This document shows positions 62,619-64,000 of a stretch of DNA of 64,000 nt, piece after piece. Position 1 is the stretch's first letter. Each line of letters begins with the position of its first letter. The stretch comes from a virus: the IMG/VR virus record IMGVR_UViG_3300045988_037604; one strand, written 5' to 3'. The position numbers were made by a program, and so were the translations under genes. The notes beneath the pieces are model-generated. The model did no database searches. It was not told where the DNA came from and saw only the letters and a program-made list of their open reading frames with translations.

Positions 62619-63305
62619 ATGGCTAGTATTGCAATGATGGTTAGTGAATTAGCTCATTCTTTAGGTCAACCTAATAATCATGCTTTAAGAGAAAATCTAA
62701 AACTTCTTGTTATTCAAACTCGTAATGAATATATTAGAAGAAGTTATGAAAATCATGGTTATGTAGATAAAGGTCTTACTCAAAGATTTAGAGTTACTTT
62801 AACTGACGTTAATGATGGTGATATAGTTCTACCTGATTCTATCAAAGATTTTGTTGCTATTGATAAAATTAAAAGAACTACTGAAAAAGTTCCTAGACCT
62901 GTTAGACTTACTAATAATCTTCCTTTTGATAGAGTTAGTTCTGTAGGTTATGCTACTAATAGAGAATTTCCTTATATTAAAGAAACTACTGCTAGATTTA
63001 GAAATTCTGTTCCTGGTCTTTGTGGTGCTATTAGTTACGATTATATTAATGAATATATCTATTTATATCCCCCCCGTAGAAGAGCTTTTGATTTACAACA
63101 AATAGTTATTGAGAGTTCTTTTGAACATCCAAATGAAATATCATTTAATAATGGAGAAATAGATAATAATAATCTTATATATGATGATAATGAATATCTT
63201 ATACCTGAAGATATGTATGGAACTATAAAAGATATTATTTATAAACGTGATTTATTAAATCAACATCGAGAAACTGATGAAACTCCTAATAATATTAAAT
63301 TTTAA
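62619..63305 (+). CDS. virion structural protein (putative)
   Basis: 228-aa ORF. Confidence 0.55.
   Translation: MASIAMMVSELAHSLGQPNNHALRENLKLLVIQTRNEYIRRSYENHGYVDKGLTQRFRVTLTDVNDGDIVLPDSIKDFVAIDKIKRTTEKVPRPVRLTNNLPFDRVSSVGYATNREFPYIKETTARFRNSVPGLCGAISYDYINEYIYLYPPRRRAFDLQQIVIESSFEHPNEISFNNGEIDNNNLIYDDNEYLIPEDMYGTIKDIIYKRDLLNQHRETDETPNNIKF
63069..63085 (-). repeat. GC-rich dispersed motif copy (inside ORF)
   Basis: cccccccgtagaagagc, encoding PPRRRA. Confidence 0.9.
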
Positions 63306-63308
63306 GTT

Positions 63309-64000
63309 ATGAGTATTAAAGATAAACCAATAGGACTTCGAGAGTATTACGAAAATGCTAGAGACATTTATACTAAAAAGAAAGAAGTTGCTCAATTAGA
63401 TAATGATAGACTTGAAGAAGTTATAACTAGACAAAGAAATGATATTGTTAAATATTTAGATTTATATAAACTTCCTATAGTTGATTATCCTGAATTTAGA
63501 GAAAATAAATATATTAATGGAAGACTTTTAAATGCAGCTATAGGTTTATATCAAGATAAAAGAATTGGTGCAGAAGTTAAAGGTGCTTGTTTTAAACTTC
63601 TAGTTTTAGCTAAAAATCAAGAAAAATATTATAATAATATTAAGATTATCAATAAAGCTAATAAAGTACTTTCTCTTACTTATAAACAATATATTGCTAT
63701 TATTAGAACCTTTTATAAAGAAGTTCATAAAAAACTTATTCTTGATGGTTATGGTTATGTATTTCATGGAACTATAGGTTGGGTTTGTATCAATAGAGTT
63801 CTTAATACTGATAGATGTCGTAAGATGCTTGACTTTGCAGCAACTAATGCTAAAAAGAAAGAACTTAAAGCTAAAGGTATTAGACTTTATAATAAAGAAG
63901 AAGCTGAATGGTGTAAACAAAATAATGTTCCTTATGATGGAGTTGATTATAAAGTTTATAAGAAAGATGAATGTTGGTATCAATTTTGTCTAATAGGAAG
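63309..64000 (+). CDS. hypothetical protein (3' end outside window)
   Basis: ATG at 63309, 3 nt after the previous stop. I translated the frame by hand and it stays open to the window end (230 codons). Absent from the ORF track because no stop is reached. Confidence 0.55.
   Translation, partial: MSIKDKPIGLREYYENARDIYTKKKEVAQLDNDRLEEVITRQRNDIVKYLDLYKLPIVDYPEFRENKYINGRLLNAAIGLYQDKRIGAEVKGACFKLLVLAKNQEKYYNNIKIINKANKVLSLTYKQYIAIIRTFYKEVHKKLILDGYGYVFHGTIGWVCINRVLNTDRCRKMLDFAATNAKKKELKAKGIRLYNKEEAEWCKQNNVPYDGVDYKVYKKDECWYQFCLIG

Noticed and set aside
1-64000. Integrase, transposase, diversity-generating retroelement, toxin-antitoxin or known defence/anti-defence cassettes.
   Set aside because: No recombinase, reverse transcriptase or transposase motifs were recognised in any ORF, and no template/variable repeat pair was seen in the fibre genes. 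Many small leftward ORFs remain uncharacterised, so their absence is not proven.

Overview
AT-rich phage genome segment laid out like a crAss-like (Crassvirales) phage of Bacteroidota. (i) 1-2250 is the end of a rightward block: the 3' part of a large virion-type gene, tRNA-Gln(UUG) and a terminator. (ii) 2654-36103 is a ~33 kb leftward replication, nucleotide-metabolism and early block. It holds dUTPase, ThyX, a P-loop kinase, DNA ligase, primase, an SSB-like gene, a RecT-like gene, family B DNA polymerase, UDG, an SF1B helicase and ~45 small or unknown ORFs, ten of them below the 60-aa ORF-track cutoff and added by hand. (iii) 36104-37426 is a 1.3 kb ORF-free divergent hub. (iv) 37427-64000 is a rightward block with a PD-(D/E)XK nuclease, a lysis-like cassette, TerL, portal, MCP and head/tail genes. 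The standard genetic code appears to be used. No integrase, transposase, CRISPR array or rRNA was seen. The main unexplained signals are listed here. First, 18 copies of a GC-rich motif (YCTTCTACGGGGGGR, or the variant CCCGCCCGTAGRA) sit in both orientations, 8 of them in-frame inside ORFs. Second, direct-repeat arrays (TTGACAACAAGAA on the coding strand) flank the first leftward gene. Third, an ORF-free ~450 nt leftward unit in the hub is bounded by a promoter-like box and a terminator. Fourth, two genes share a 36-nt 5' leader. Fifth, there is a family of GNRA-capped terminators and a set of identical Shine-Dalgarno cassettes. All functional calls come from motif recognition by eye; no database search or folding program was available.
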